A DNA stretch of 64,000 nt from Eledone cirrhosa (taxonomy: Eukaryota): positions 27,032,001 through 27,096,000 of the forward strand of contig OZ024751.1 in assembly GCA_964016885.1 (NCBI GenBank). Reading direction: 5' to 3'. Every line of letters begins with the position of its first letter. The first letter of the stretch is position 1. This document shows positions 13,880-27,061 of the stretch, in pieces. A program made the position numbers and the translations under genes. The notes below the pieces were generated by a model. The model had not been told where the DNA came from. It saw nothing but the letters and a program-made list of their open reading frames with translations, and made no database searches.

Positions 13880-14700
13880 CAGCCACTCCAAAGCTGGTAA
13901 TAGTACCAGGGTTAATATAAGCCACTCCAAAGCTGGTAATAGTACCAGGATTAATATAAGCCACTCCAAAGCTACTAATAGTACCAGGGTTAATATAAGC
14001 CACTCCAAAGCTAGTAATAGTACCAGGGTTAATATAAGCCACTCCAAAGCTGGTAATAGTACCAGGGTTAATATAAGCCATTCCAAAGCTGGTAATAGTA
14101 CCAGGGTTAATATAAGCCACTCCAAAGCTGGTAATAGTACCAGGGTTAATATAAGCCCCTCCAAAGCTAGTAATAGTACCTGGGTTAATATAATATATAA
14201 GCCACTCCAAAGCTAGTAATAGTACCAGGGTTAATATAAGCCACTCCAAATTTGGTAATAGTACCAGGGTTAATATAAGCCACTCCAAAGCTGGTAATAG
14301 TACCAGGGTTAATATAAGCCCCTCCAAAGCTAGTAATAGTACCTGGGTTAATATAATATATAAGCCACTCCAAAGCTAGTAATAGTACCAGGGTTAATAT
14401 AAGCCACTCCAAAGCTGGTAATAGTACCAGGGTTAATATAAGCCACTCCAAAGCTGGTAATAGTACCAGGGTTAATATAAGCCACTCCAAAGCTAGTAAT
14501 AGTACCAGGGTTAATATAAGCCACTCCAAATCTGGTAATAGTACCAGGGTTAATATAAGCCACTCCAAAGCTAGTAATAGTACCAGGGTTAATATAAGCC
14601 ACTCCAAAGTTGGTAATAGTACCAGGGTTAATATAAGCCACTCCAAAGCTAGTAATAGTACCAGGGTTAATATAAGCCACTCCAAAGCTAGTAATAGTCC
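13880..14700. repeat. 39-bp minisatellite
   Basis: agccactccaaagctggtaatagtaccagggttaatata, about 21 copies. Confidence 0.95.
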
Positions 14701-15854
14701 CTAGGCCAGATGTGAAATATAGCCCCTTGACTTCCTTCAATATGGTAATAGGCCCAGGATGAAATGAAATATGTAGACACCCAATACTGGAAATAGAGCC
14801 AAGATCAAATGTGAAGTGCAGGCCCTATGCCTGGCCATTAAGTATTTTAATAATCAGTAATTACAAATGATTTATATGTAGGTTATGTGTATATATGTAG
14901 TGTATGTGATGTAATTACATGTAAGAGAACAGAATAGAGGAGAGGTCACTTCTCAAAGTTGTTGGCCCATGTCAGCTGACCTTCCTATAGTCTGGCTTAG
15001 ATGTGTCCCAGTGGATTGTGGGAGATAGGGTATGCAATAAAGTATGTTGTGAGACAAAAAGAGCAGACACAGTGGTGTATGAGTGAGTTGTGAGACAGAT
15101 AGATAACATAGTTGTGTGTGAAAGAGTAGGAGTGGGAGTATAACAATGAGAAGAGGGAACAGAACCACAGTCAGTCAGGGCTGTCAGATATATCTAATAA
15201 AATGTAACAAACTTTTCAAAAGGCAGCAAATTGCATGAGAAAGTAACCCAAAACAACATTTTTGTAAGTAAATTAAATAAATAAATATATTAGTAAAATA
15301 GAAAAAACAGTAGAAAATGCTAAAGGGATTTTCTCAGAATAACAGCAAAACATTTATTTATATATATATAAATAAATAAACAGACTAAATAAAGATGGCG
15401 TAGGCATACAATGCAATGGGAGGAAACATAATAGCACCACTGACGATGTTGCAGATGTGCAACGAAAGAACTTTCTTAGACTATATATATGTGTTTGTGT
15501 CTATATTGTATCTGTATTTTTGACCGTTGGTCAGTCAATGGTAACATTGAGGACCGAATAAATTAAATTAACCGATATAAAGGACACAGAAGCGAAAACC
15601 AACCAAACAGTGAGTGTGATCCGTTATTAATTCTAGCCTCCCCAAGTATAACAATATATATATATTTTTTTTTTTCCCGTTCTTTGCCAGGGAACGTTTC
15701 CAGGAACCAAAGTATCGTCTTCCTGTCTTCCTCTGGTTGCAACGTTTTTTGAAATATCCACTTCTGCGTTTACAGATTGACTTTGTTAGTTTCAGAAGAT
15801 CCCGTTAAGGGTGAAAGCAGCGATTCTTTGCTTAAACTTTAATCTGTTATTTTA

Positions 15855-15944
<90 letters not shown>

Positions 15945-15991
15945 TATATATATATAATATAAGATCAAAAGATGGTTAAAAGAGTTCCCAG

Positions 15992-16062
15992 TATTTTATT
16001 ATGCGCATTTCAAAAACAAATATCATCATGGGATGATATTTGCGTTCTCATCAGATAAAATA
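15992..16062 (-). ncRNA. Minimal type I hammerhead ribozyme (inverted copy of 17182-17252)
   Basis: Reverse complement has the same intact core; stem II caaatatcatc/gatgatatttg is a perfect 11 bp. Confidence 0.8.
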
Positions 16063-16260
16063 GGGAGACATGATATGAAGTTTAAAAAACACTTGTGAGC
16101 AGTGAAGTTTTAAATTAACATATGAAAAATAAATTAAGATGGATATATGAGATTGGGGAAAAGAGAGGGGGGTGTAAAAGGTAAGAAAGAGGAAGAAATA
16201 AGAGTAAAGGATGGTGGGGGGGAGTATAAGAAGGAAGGATGAGAGAAGAGGAGAGATAGG

Positions 16261-16296
<36 letters not shown>

Positions 16297-17181
16297 CCTT
16301 TACAACTGAGAAAAAATATTGTCTCACAGAGAGAAATTAAAAAGCCGTTGGAAGATAATAGATAATTTAAAAGATTTTGAAATTAAAAGTTAATGAGGTT
16401 TATGCATGAAGAAAAAGGAATTAAGAATAGTATTAAATTAAGGTTTGTATATTGAAGGGTTGAATAATATGTGCGAAGAAAAATATTTCGTAAACATATA
16501 TACTTTTTGATGTTAGATATTTTTTTCATTAAACATTCTTTTTTCTTCTCTCCTTCTGCGCTCATTTTAAACATACTATTTACGTATACATATTACAATA
16601 CATAAAAACAAACTTAAACCCTAACTAATTCCTCTAAATTCATGACTCATTTATTCTTCTCCTTCTTTTCACATTATATCTTTAATATCATTAATATTTT
16701 TATTTTAATAATACATATTAATAAATTCTTTTTCTTCGCACATATTATTCAACCCTTCAATATACAAACCTTAATTTAATACTATTCTTAATTCCTTTTT
16801 CTTCATGCATAAACCTCATTAATTTTTAATTTCAAAATCTTTTAAATTATCTATTATAATAGATAATTTAAAAGATTTTGAAATTTTGGAAAGATAATTA
16901 TCTTCCAACGGCTTTTAAATTTCTCTCTGTGAGACAATATTTTTTCTCAGTTGTAAAGTCTATCTTCTCTCTCTCTATCACCTATCTCTCCTCTTCTCTC
17001 ATCCTTCCTTCTTATACTCCTCCCCCACCATCCTTTACTCTTATTTCTTCCTCTTCCTTACCTTTTCCACCACCCCCTCTCTTTTTCCCAATCTCATACA
17101 TCCATCTTAATTTATTTTTCATATGTTGATTTAAAACTTCACTGCTCACAAGTGTTTTTTAAACTTCATATCATGTCTCCC

Positions 17182-17252
17182 TATTTTATCTGATGAGAAC
17201 GCAGATATCATCCCATGATGATATTTGTTTTTGAAATGCGCATAATAAAATA
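17182..17252 (+). ncRNA. Minimal type I hammerhead ribozyme
   Basis: tattttat-CTGATGA-gaacgcagatatcatc/ccat/gatgatatttgttttt-GAAA-tgcgca-TA-ataaaata: 8-bp stem I, long stem II, palindromic short stem III, AUA triplet. Confidence 0.8.
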
Positions 17253-17540
17253 CTTGGAACTCTTTTAACCATATTTTGATCTTATATTATTTATACTCCA
17301 GTCCTACAAACTGTAGAGTGCTACTTATCCGATATTTGCATTGCTTTATTGTGCTACAATAAAACTCACCTCCTACATATATATATATAAGGTGCCCATG
17401 TGGCTAAAACCAGTATGATAAATTTCTTCTTTAGAATGGACATACGGGGGAACTACCCCCCAGAAACGATCGTAAAATAATGAGTTTTACTATGAATTAA
17501 CCGTTTTTTGTTTAATTTCATTGTTTTCACTATTTGTATA

Positions 17541-17609
<69 letters not shown>

Positions 17610-17769
17610 ACAAGCTTCATAGAAACATCCAACGGTAAGAGCACTCAATCCATAGTATAAGTTATGTAGAATAGTTACAAGAATGACATATAACCTTTTC
17701 TCCCCCCCCCCCCCATTCCCCCAAGAAACAGTAAAGACAAAAGATAAATCCCTAAACTACAGCACATAT

Positions 17770-19590
17770 GTGGTGATGATGATAATGGTAGTGCTGATGG
17801 TGGTGATGGTGATGGTGATGGTGATGGTGATGGTGGTGATGGTGGTGATGATAGTGGTGATGGTGATGGTGGTGGTGGCGGTGGTGGTGTTGATGGTGAT
17901 GGTGGTGATGATGATTGTGATGGTGGTGATGATGATTGTGATGGTGATGGTGATGGTGATGGTGATGGTGATGGTGGTGGTGGTGGTGATGATAGTGGTG
18001 ATGGTGATGGTGGTGGTGGCGGTGGTGGTGGTGGTGTTGATGGTGATGGTGGTGATGATGATTGTGATGGTGATGATGGTGATGGTGATGGTGATGGTGG
18101 TGGTGGTAATGGTGGTGGTGGTAGTAATAGTGATGGTGATTGTGATGATGATGGTGGTGATGGTGATGATAGTGATGGTGATGGTGGTGGTGATGGTGGT
18201 GGTGGTGATGGTGATGATAGTGATGGTGATGGTGGTGGTGATGGTGGTGGTGGTGATGGTGATGAAGGTGGTGATGGTGGTGGTGGTGATGGTGATGAAG
18301 GTGGTGATGGTGGTGATGGTGGTGGTGATGGTGATGATGATGATGATGGTGATGAAGGTGGTGATGGTGGTGGTGATGGTGATGAAGGTGGTGATGGTGG
18401 TGGTGATGATGATGGTGGTGGTGATGGTGATGGTGGTGGTGATGGTGATGGTGATGGTGGTGGTGATGATAGTGATGGTGGTGGTGATGGTGATGGTGGT
18501 GGTGGTGATGATAGTGATGGTGGTGGTGGTGGTGGTGGTGATGGTGGTGGTGATGATAGTGATGGTGGTGGTGATGGTGATGGTGATGGTGATGGTGGTG
18601 GTGGTGATGATAGTGATGGTGGTGGTGATGGTGATGGTGGTGGTGGTGATGATAGTGATGGTGGTGGCAGTGGTGGTGATGATAGTGATGGTGATGGTGG
18701 TGGCAGTGGTGGTGATGATAGTGATGGTGGTGGTGATGGTGATGGTGGTGGTGATGATAGTGATGGTGGTGGTGATGGTGATGGTGGTGGTGGTGATGAT
18801 AGTGATGGTGGTGGCAGTGGTGGTGATGATAGTGATGGTGATGGTGGTGGCAGTGGTGGTGATGATAGTGATGGTGATGGTGGTGGCAGTGGTGGTGATG
18901 ATAGTGATGGTGATAGTGGTGGCAGTGGTGGTGATGATAGTGATGGTGGTGGTGATGGTGATGGTGGTGGTGATGATAGTGATGGTGGTGGTGATGGTGA
19001 TGGTGGTGGTGGTGATGATAGTGATGGTGGTGGCAGTGGTGGTGATGATACGTCACATGTGTGGAATGTGGAATTACTGACATCAAGGCTGTAAATTACA
19101 GTTTTTTAGCATTGTCAAATCACCACCACCACTATTACTACTACTACCACCACTACCACCACTACCACCACTACCACCACCACCACAACTACTACCATCA
19201 CTACTGCCACTACTACCACCACCACCACTACTACATCTACTACCACCACCACCACTACTACCACCACCACCACCACTACTACCACTACTACTACCACCAC
19301 CACCACCACCACCACTACTACCACCACCTCACCACTACTACTACCACCACCACCACCACCACCACTACTACCACCACCCCACCACTACTACTACCACCAC
19401 CACTACCACCACCACTACTACTACCACCAGTACCACTACTACCACCACCAACACTACTACTACTACCACCACCACTCCTACTACCACCAGTACCACCACT
19501 ACCACCGCCGCCACCACTACTACCACCACTACTACCACCACTACTACCACCACTACTACCATCACTATTACCACTACTACCACCACTACC
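17770..19590. repeat. (GGT/GAT)n tract followed by an (ACC/ACT)n tract
   Basis: 17770-19050 and 19120-19590. Confidence 0.95.
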
Positions 19591-20761
19591 ATTGTCGGCA
19601 GGTTTACAACACAACCAATCCATCAATTATTGTAATACCATTTGTTGTGAGTCATCTCATTAGCACAGTTGCCCCCTTCCATCCATGGCTCCCACTCTCC
19701 ACCTCACCCACCATTAGGGAGCACCTTTAATGTCATGTAACACCCTAACTGGCTCAAACAAGAATATTTCACATATTTTCACCAGTCTTACCACTGAAAA
19801 CCATTGTTGATATCCAAAGTGTGGCCATTATGCCAGAAATTAGTGACCACCACTGCTGAAAAGATTTTCATCAAATACATCCTTTTACTCTTTTACCTTC
19901 TTACTGCTTTCAGTCGTCATTAGACGCTGGCCATGCTGGGGTTCAACCCAGTACATATTTTTTTTTTTTTTGCACAAATCTGGTATTTATTTTATCAATC
20001 ACTTTTTGGCAAGCTGCTAAGTTAAGAGACTTAAAGGCATCAGGTCACACATATATATATATATATATACACACATATATATATACACACATATATATAT
20101 ATACACACATATATATATACACACATATATATATACATATCATCATATATCATATATATATAGAAATGAATTGCATCCTTGTCTACCGAATATATATGTG
20201 TGTGTATAATGTGTGTGTGTATATATATAATATATATATATAAGCAAGTATTGCACGAAAACTAAAACGTGTGTGTGTGTATCACCATCACCGTTTAACA
20301 TCCATTATTCCACGCTGGCATGGATCAGACGAGTTACCCTGTTTTGGCTAAGTTTCTACAACTGAATGCCCTTCCTAGCACCAACCTCATTTACAGTGAA
20401 TACTGAGTGCTATTTGTTGTTGTGGCTACACGACCACTTTATAGTGTGGACTGGGCTCTTTTTGTCATGTCACCATCGCAACCACTTTACAGTATGGGGT
20501 CATGCTGCCAATTAACACACACACACACCTGTTGGTTTTCACTTGATGGTTGTTTATTTATTGTCAAAGCTCTTTTGTCACACATTCTGTGACCTCTTCT
20601 GTCTTACACCAAGATGGTGTAGGACAGAACAAAGGAGAGACACAAAATAATAAATCAGTCACAGAATGTGTTTTTATTGGCAGCATGACCATCGCAAATT
20701 ATACCAATATCTGTTTCAACACATGTTTTCAGAAATCTTGCCAAACAAATTCAAAAACAAA

Positions 20762-20811
<50 letters not shown>

Positions 20812-20938
20812 AAAGTTATATTTAAATTATTGGGTTACAACTAGTAAATATTTATAACTGATATAAAAGCACTCGACAAGTATTTGGAGTATATTTACGA
20901 TATTAAATAAATGGAAACTATATTTATAAAACCATATC

Positions 20939-21004
20939 TATTTCATTATATATATTTCAGGGATATCATATTAACAATATGCTATGCCTTCCTCAGACAA
21001 AATA
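20939..21004 (-). ncRNA. Hammerhead ribozyme, inverted copy of 21165-21230
   Basis: Reverse-complement copy in the left arm of the palindrome. Confidence 0.75.
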
Positions 21005-21164
21005 CAATATAGACAGTTTTATAGATAAATAGATTTGACATACCGTTCAACATCGACTTGTATTTGAAAAGTTGATTTGGCAGACTGCCAAATCAACTTT
21101 TCAAATACAAGTCGATGTTGTTACGGTATGTCAAATCTATTTATCTATAAAACTGTCTATATTG

Positions 21165-21230
21165 TATTTTGTCTGAGGAAGGCATAGCATATTGTTAATA
21201 TGATATCCCTGAAATATATATAATGAAATA
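21165..21230 (+). ncRNA. Minimal type I hammerhead ribozyme, second family
   Basis: tattttgt-CTGAGGA-aggcatagcatatt/gtt/aatatgatatccct-GAAA-tatata-TA-atgaaata; stem I 8 bp with 2 GU pairs, stem II 12 of 14 paired. Confidence 0.75.
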
Positions 21231-21270
21231 GATATGGTTTTATAAATATAGTTTCCATTTATTTAATATC

Positions 21271-21334
<64 letters not shown>

Positions 21335-21450
21335 GGAAGTTTCTAGGTGCAAACCTCATGTTCATTCATAACTGTAGGGGGTCTTTATATATAACTGTAT
21401 GTAGTTGACGGACAAGAGAAGAAAGTACTCATTTCTGAAGTAGAGTTTAA

Positions 21451-21611
21451 ATATTCATTTATTATGGCTAAATAGTGAGTATTGTTGCTCTGTAGTTTCC
21501 CTTGCACACTCACTGGCTTATCAGGCAAGATGCTTCGTCTCATAACCCAGTTGGTGTGCAGGTAAAACTCCAGAGTAACAACACTCACTATTTAGCCGTA
21601 ATAAATGAATA
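21451..21611. mobile_element. MITE-like imperfect inverted repeat
   Basis: About 60-bp imperfect TIRs, atattcatttattatggctaaatagtgagt and actcactatttagccgtaataaatgaatat. Confidence 0.55.
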
Positions 21612-21678
21612 TATATATATAAGCAAGTATTGCACGAAAACTAAAACGTCGACCTGAACGATATCAGGAATGTATTTT

Positions 21679-21770
21679 CTTTAACATATGTTTCTGTGTC
21701 GATTATAATTGTCTACATATGCTGACTACAATATATATTGTTCAATCATATTTATTACTTTATCAGAAAG
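21679..21770 (-). ncRNA. Decayed hammerhead-like motif in a TA-flanked insert
   Basis: cttt-CTGATAA(G8>A)-long insert-GAAA-catatg-TT-aaag. Confidence 0.35.
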
Positions 21771-21834
21771 CCTATTATAGTGGAAGTCACTATTCACTAC
21801 ATATACATACCTATATATACATGCCTACATATAT

Positions 21835-21891
<57 letters not shown>

Positions 21892-22233
21892 GCAAAAGTA
21901 AAAAGTAAAACTATTTACAATGCTCAAAGGAATTGGATGTACAACTCCTTTGAAACATGTGTAGGGAAATAAATATGTTTTTTTTAAATGATAGAAGTTG
22001 ATTTTTCCAGCAATATACTTGTTTACATATATATATATATATATTTCGAAAGTCGATTGACTTTCGTCAAATTGGACCGAGGAAACAATGTTTCCGTTGG
22101 TCTTTCCAATTGCTAATAGTATCTATCGGTCGCAACTCCAGGTAGTTTTGCTCAAGGACATAACACATCATCCAGTCCATGAACCGAACTCACAACCTCA
22201 CGATTGCGAATCCAATTCTCTAACCACTCGGCC

Positions 22234-22264
<31 letters not shown>

Positions 22265-22288
22265 TACATACATACATACATACATACA

Positions 22289-22324
<36 letters not shown>

Positions 22325-22689
22325 TATACAATGGGCTTTTGCATAGTTTCCATTATAAAACAAACAATTATGTATTATAGAACATGGGGGAGGGGGCATA
22401 GAATTGGGGAGAAGGGTCAGAAGAGTTGTGTTGCAGGCATGGCATAAGTGTAGACATGGACCAATACCTGTGGTAGGTGTCTTCTACTATACCCTGGGGT
22501 GGACCAATACCTGTGGTAGGTGTCTTCTACTGGTGTAAGTCAGAGATTGTCTTGTAAGGTGGGTTGTGATACAGTTTAGAAGGACCTGTGTACTTCAATT
22601 CTACCTTGAGCAGCCACAGTCGGTGGAATGAGCTCAAATTTAAGGCTATGGTTTATACATTCCCTTCAGTTTGTCGTTGGCTTTCATTT

Positions 22690-23110
22690 AAAAATAATAA
22701 TGAAAATATTGTGTACAGTGCTCAGGTGCACTACAACTCATCAAAAGTGTATGTATAGTACATAGAGTAATGTACTAACATCAGGAAAATGAACAGTGCA
22801 TGAGTCAGGATATACACATGTCTGCATGTGTATGGAAGGGGTACATCAGGTGTAGTTTTGGCGAATTTCGGGAAGCATGAGGGTTTTAAAGGATGCAGTG
22901 TCTCGACAGCTAACAACTGATGCAGGGAGTTTGTTCCATGGAGGTTTTAAAGGATGCAGTGTCTCAACAGCTAACAACTGATGTAGGCAGTTTGTTCCAT
23001 GCTTCAGTAACTCTAAGCGTGAAAAAATGTTTCCAAAAGTCATGGGTGGGAGCTGTTTTCTGACTTTGTAGGCATGCCCACTTGTGTTAGACACATGGAG
23101 ATCAAAAAGG
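22690..23110 (-). pseudogene. CR1/L2-type LINE 3' end
   Basis: GHAYKVRKQ...WNKLPASVV...FK motifs; 3' UTR gagttgtagtgcacctgagcac plus ATT tail, also found alone at about 29730-29785 (+). Confidence 0.75.
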
Positions 23111-23640
23111 TGGATATATTTATTATTTATGCTCAAGTTCAGGCAATTGACAGCCTTTCTTACATACATAACACACACACACACACATACACACACACAC
23201 ACACACATATAAATCAGGATGGGTTCAGTTTGAAACTGGTTAGACTATTACTCAACAGAGTACTCAAAATTTTGGGTAGTAGAGTATGGTTATGTTGTAA
23301 AGAGGGGTCTGAACACTTCATAACAAATACATATATGTATATATATATGTGTGTGTATGCGCATGTATGTATATCTTTGAATTGACGCCACTTGAACAAA
23401 GAAGGATGTTTGCTTATGTTTTGCATGATGTGGAGGGAAGAGCAAAGTAGCCTCGGACATCTGGTTTAATTGTTCACCCTAAAGTGGACTCTGCTAAAGA
23501 TACATGTGGACTCTGCTAAAGATACATGTGGACTCTGCTAAAGATACATGTGGACTCTGCTAAAGATACATGTGGACCAGGTGGTAGTGTTAAAGTGAAC
23601 AACAGATTAAGATCATCATTGCACATAGACAGATAGAGTA

Positions 23641-23694
<54 letters not shown>

Positions 23695-23823
23695 CAGTAG
23701 CAGCGGCAGTACCAGCAAGATGAACAAGAACAAGAAGAAGAAGAAGAAGAAAAAGAAGGAGGGAGGAGAAAAAGAATAATAATAATAATAAGAAGAAGAA
23801 GAAGGAGTAGTTGTGTGACTTAC

Positions 23824-24791
23824 CTCTCAGTCGTGAAGGTCCGGCAGTTGATTGACACGGAAAGACGACACCAGGTTCTACAGAGGGGGGTTCACTAGAC
23901 CTGACCACGGCAGGGGGCTGTTTCCTCTCAGATGACACTAATGATGTACCCTTTAATGAACATATAGATGACACCTTTCTCACTCCTGCCTCTCTGCTGC
24001 TGCTGCTGCTGCTGCGGGCTGCTGCTGCTGATGACAGTACATCTCCCACTGCTGAGGTGGTCGAAGAAGAGGAAGAGGAGGAGGAGGAAGAAGTGGGGAT
24101 TGTAGTGTTGTGCACCACCTGCTGCTGTTGTTGTTGTTGATGATGATGCTGTTGTTGTTGATGGTGTTGATGGTGTTGTTGATGTTGTTGATGTTGTTGA
24201 TGTTGATGTGGATGTTGTTGTTGTTGATGTTGTTGTGGATGTTGCTGATGATGATGATGATGTTGTTGTTGATGGTGTTGATGTTGTTGTTGATGGTGTT
24301 GTTGTTGTTGTTGTTGATGATGATGTTGTTGTTGTTGATGATGATGTTGTTGATGATGATGATGTTGTTGTTGATGTGTTTGTTGTTGATGATGATGTTG
24401 TTGTTGTTGTTGCCTTCCTTTGTCAGATGGTGCAGGGACTGATTGAGCATGTTTCACTGATTTAGAGTGAGCGTTTGGCTTAGGTGCGGGTGGAGGGGGT
24501 TCCTTAGCTCCACCAGGAGGCGGCCGAGCATCCGTTGGTCTTCCACTGCTCACATTTGTATCCTTGCTGGGCAGAGTGGTCTGGTTTGCAGTGATGGTGG
24601 TCTGGTTGCTGTTGTTGGTGGTCGTAGAACTGGCCTTTCGCAGTTTGCGACGTGGTGGTGGCAAAGGGGGTTGGGAGACAATTACACCGGCTTTGGCAGC
24701 AGCAGTGCCACCTGTTGCCTCATTCTTCTTCAATGAGGATGTTGATGTTGTTGATGTCGATGATGATGATGATGGTGGTGGTTGTTGTTGA

Positions 24792-24826
<35 letters not shown>

Positions 24827-24868
24827 TGCTTGTGGTTGTTGTTGCAATGGTTGTTGCTGCTGAACTTC
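23824..24868 (-). CDS. 1045-nt exon with polyQ/H, polyS and Pro-rich low-complexity sequence
   Basis: ctttctcttccctcag|GAA GTT CAG acceptor (phase 0); open for 348 codons including non-repetitive GC-rich segments; GAG|gtaagt donor (phase 1) joins the next exon in frame. Confidence 0.8.
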
Positions 24869-24886
24869 CTGAGGGAAGAGAAAGAG

Positions 24887-24951
<65 letters not shown>

Positions 24952-26035
24952 GAAATATATATCCAAATTTCAAGAAAGCCAAAGATAGAGAATTATTATT
25001 TATAAAGTACCAGTTATGTACTGGGTAATTGCTGGCCTTGTGCCAAAAAGTAGAAACAATTATTTATTTCTACATCCCTACAAACATTTTAACGTGGCTA
25101 GAATATCACATCCATTTGCTGAGAAACTGGAGATTACCAGTTAACAATTATCTCTATTAAGGGTGTTTTATCTCTAACTTATCTCTTCAGGAAATATATA
25201 GAACAAAATAACAATAATTAATACCAAAAGACAATATGAAGATAGTGAGAAGATTCAAGGTATGGAGCAGAGACAAAATTAGATTTCAAGTGAAAATTAA
25301 ACATAAGTTAAATTTTTCAAAACAGGCAAGTTTATAAATATATCTCTGAATTTTTTTTTTTGATTTTTTAAGAAGAAATATATTATAACAAGGAATTAAT
25401 TACAGCAGAGGCTGTTAAAGATATTCTTTATAAAGTTAGGGTAGTTTGTTCACGTATTTATAAGAGAAAGACATGAAAATATTTAGTAGATTTTTTTCAT
25501 TAATTAATTGTTTCTACTTTTGGCACAAGACCAGCAATTACCCAGTACATTACTGGTACTTTATTTTATCGACCCTGTAAGGATGAAAGGCAAAGTTAAC
25601 CTCGGCGGGATTGGAACTCAGAATGGCAAGGGCCATTAATGTCCTATAAAAGTATAGAAGAAATTTATATTTGGAGCAAAGAATATTTTCACTCATATAT
25701 ATAATATATATATAGTATATATATATTTATATTTATATATATATGAAAAGATGCAGGACCCCGACGGCTGAGCTCTGGTCGTTTCGACAGCTAGATCCAA
25801 ACTGAGTTCTGGTGGGTTACGGTTTAGCTGGTATATATATATATGTATGAATCAGTTCCCGTCCCACCCTTGCAAGCAGGGAAAAGCAGACGCAAAATGA
25901 TGATGATGATGTTGATGATATATATATATATCATCATCATTTAAGGTCCATCTTTTCATGCAGGCATAGGCTGGACTAAGTGCAAGTATACACTATTGTA
26001 AGTATACATATACATGTCTATACATATATATGTGT

Positions 26036-26835
26036 GTGTCAAGATGTTGTTGGAGATAAGTGTGTCCGAAATGATGCGGGGGTACTTAGTGTCACTGATG
26101 CTCAGAAAAAGGAGGCCTGGAAATGTCATTATGAGAGACTGATGAATGTTGAGAACGAATGGGAGAGAGAGAAACTACCCCCCCCCCCCCCCGGTAGACC
26201 CAACAGAGGGGCCAGCTATTGAGATTGACACAAATATAGGGTCCAAGAGGCAATTAAGGAAATGAAGAATGGTAAGGCTGCTAGACCATTGGGGATAGTT
26301 GCAAAGATGCTGAAGGCATCAGGGGACGTAGGAACTAAACTAAGTTGCACGCATCGTCAACCAAGCTATATATGGCGGAGTCATACCCAAAGACTGGTGC
26401 AGCAGTATCCTTATAAATTGCTACAAAAGTAAAGGGGATGCTCTTGGAGAGGAGCAATTATAGGGCATAAAACTAATGGATCAAGTTATGAAAGTGGCAG
26501 AAAGAATATTAGCATGACTAATGAGAGAAAGGGTCAAATTAAAAGAGATGCAGTTTGGTTTTGTGCCTGGGAAAAGTACAACAGATGCCCTCTTCTTCGT
26601 GAGACAACTACAAGAGAAGTTCTTAGAGAAGAATAATCCACTATTCTTAGCTTTTGTTGACCTTGAGAAGGCCTTTGATAGGGTACCCCGATCTGTCATC
26701 TGGTGGTCCCTAAGGAAACTAGGTGTAGAGGAATGGAGGAGATGTCAAAGGACCGTGACGAATGAAGAGATGCCCTGCTTAATAGGACCCGTCCTACCCT
26801 TGCAAGCAGGGAAAAGCAGACGTAAAATGATGATA
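26036..26835 (+). pseudogene. RTE-clade LINE relic (RT N-terminus fused to the 3' end by internal deletion)
   Basis: QFGFVPGKSTTDALF...FVDLEKAFDRVPR RT motifs, frameshifts, tail cccttgcaagcagggaaaagcagacgtaaaatgatgat. Confidence 0.9.
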
Positions 26836-27061
26836 TCATATATATATATCATCATCATCATCATCAACGTTTAACGTCCGTGTTCCACGCTTGCATGGGT
26901 TTGGACGGGGGTAGTCCCACTTGAGGCAAGAGTGATTGTCTTGCTCGCATAGGACTGTCTGGCAGGTTTTCTACAGTTGGATGCCCTTCCTAACACCAAC
27001 CACATTTACAGTGTGGGTCTGGGAGGTTTTTACCGTGTTGCCTACACGGCCACATTACAGC

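Larger units (their letters stand above)
15954..17378 (+). mobile_element. Penelope-like fold-back element: inverted arms about 15954-16483 and 16729-17290, plus 3' tail
   Basis: About 530-560-bp highly similar inverted arms, each with a hammerhead; right arm continues into tail tactccagtcctacaaactgtagagtgcta; (TA)n on both sides. Confidence 0.75.
20809..21273 (-). mobile_element. Penelope-like fold-back element (palindrome 20896-21273 plus tail)
   Basis: Near-perfect palindrome centred on 21084 with arms of about 188 bp; tail motif gcactc...ggagt at about 20869-20890; (TA)n on both sides. Confidence 0.75.

Noticed and set aside
13853-14740. Repetitive ORFs (LEWLILTLVLLPA / YINPGTITSFGVA)
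   Set aside because: Open only because the 39-bp unit is a multiple of three; frame broken by variant units.
17440-17480. ggggg/ccccc-GAAA-cgatcg-TA motif
   Set aside because: Looks like a hammerhead 3' half, but no CUGANGA is recognisable upstream.
17683-19663. 465-aa V/M-rich and 444-aa poly-His ORFs
   Set aside because: Pure trinucleotide repeat with no unique coding sequence or convincing splice sites.
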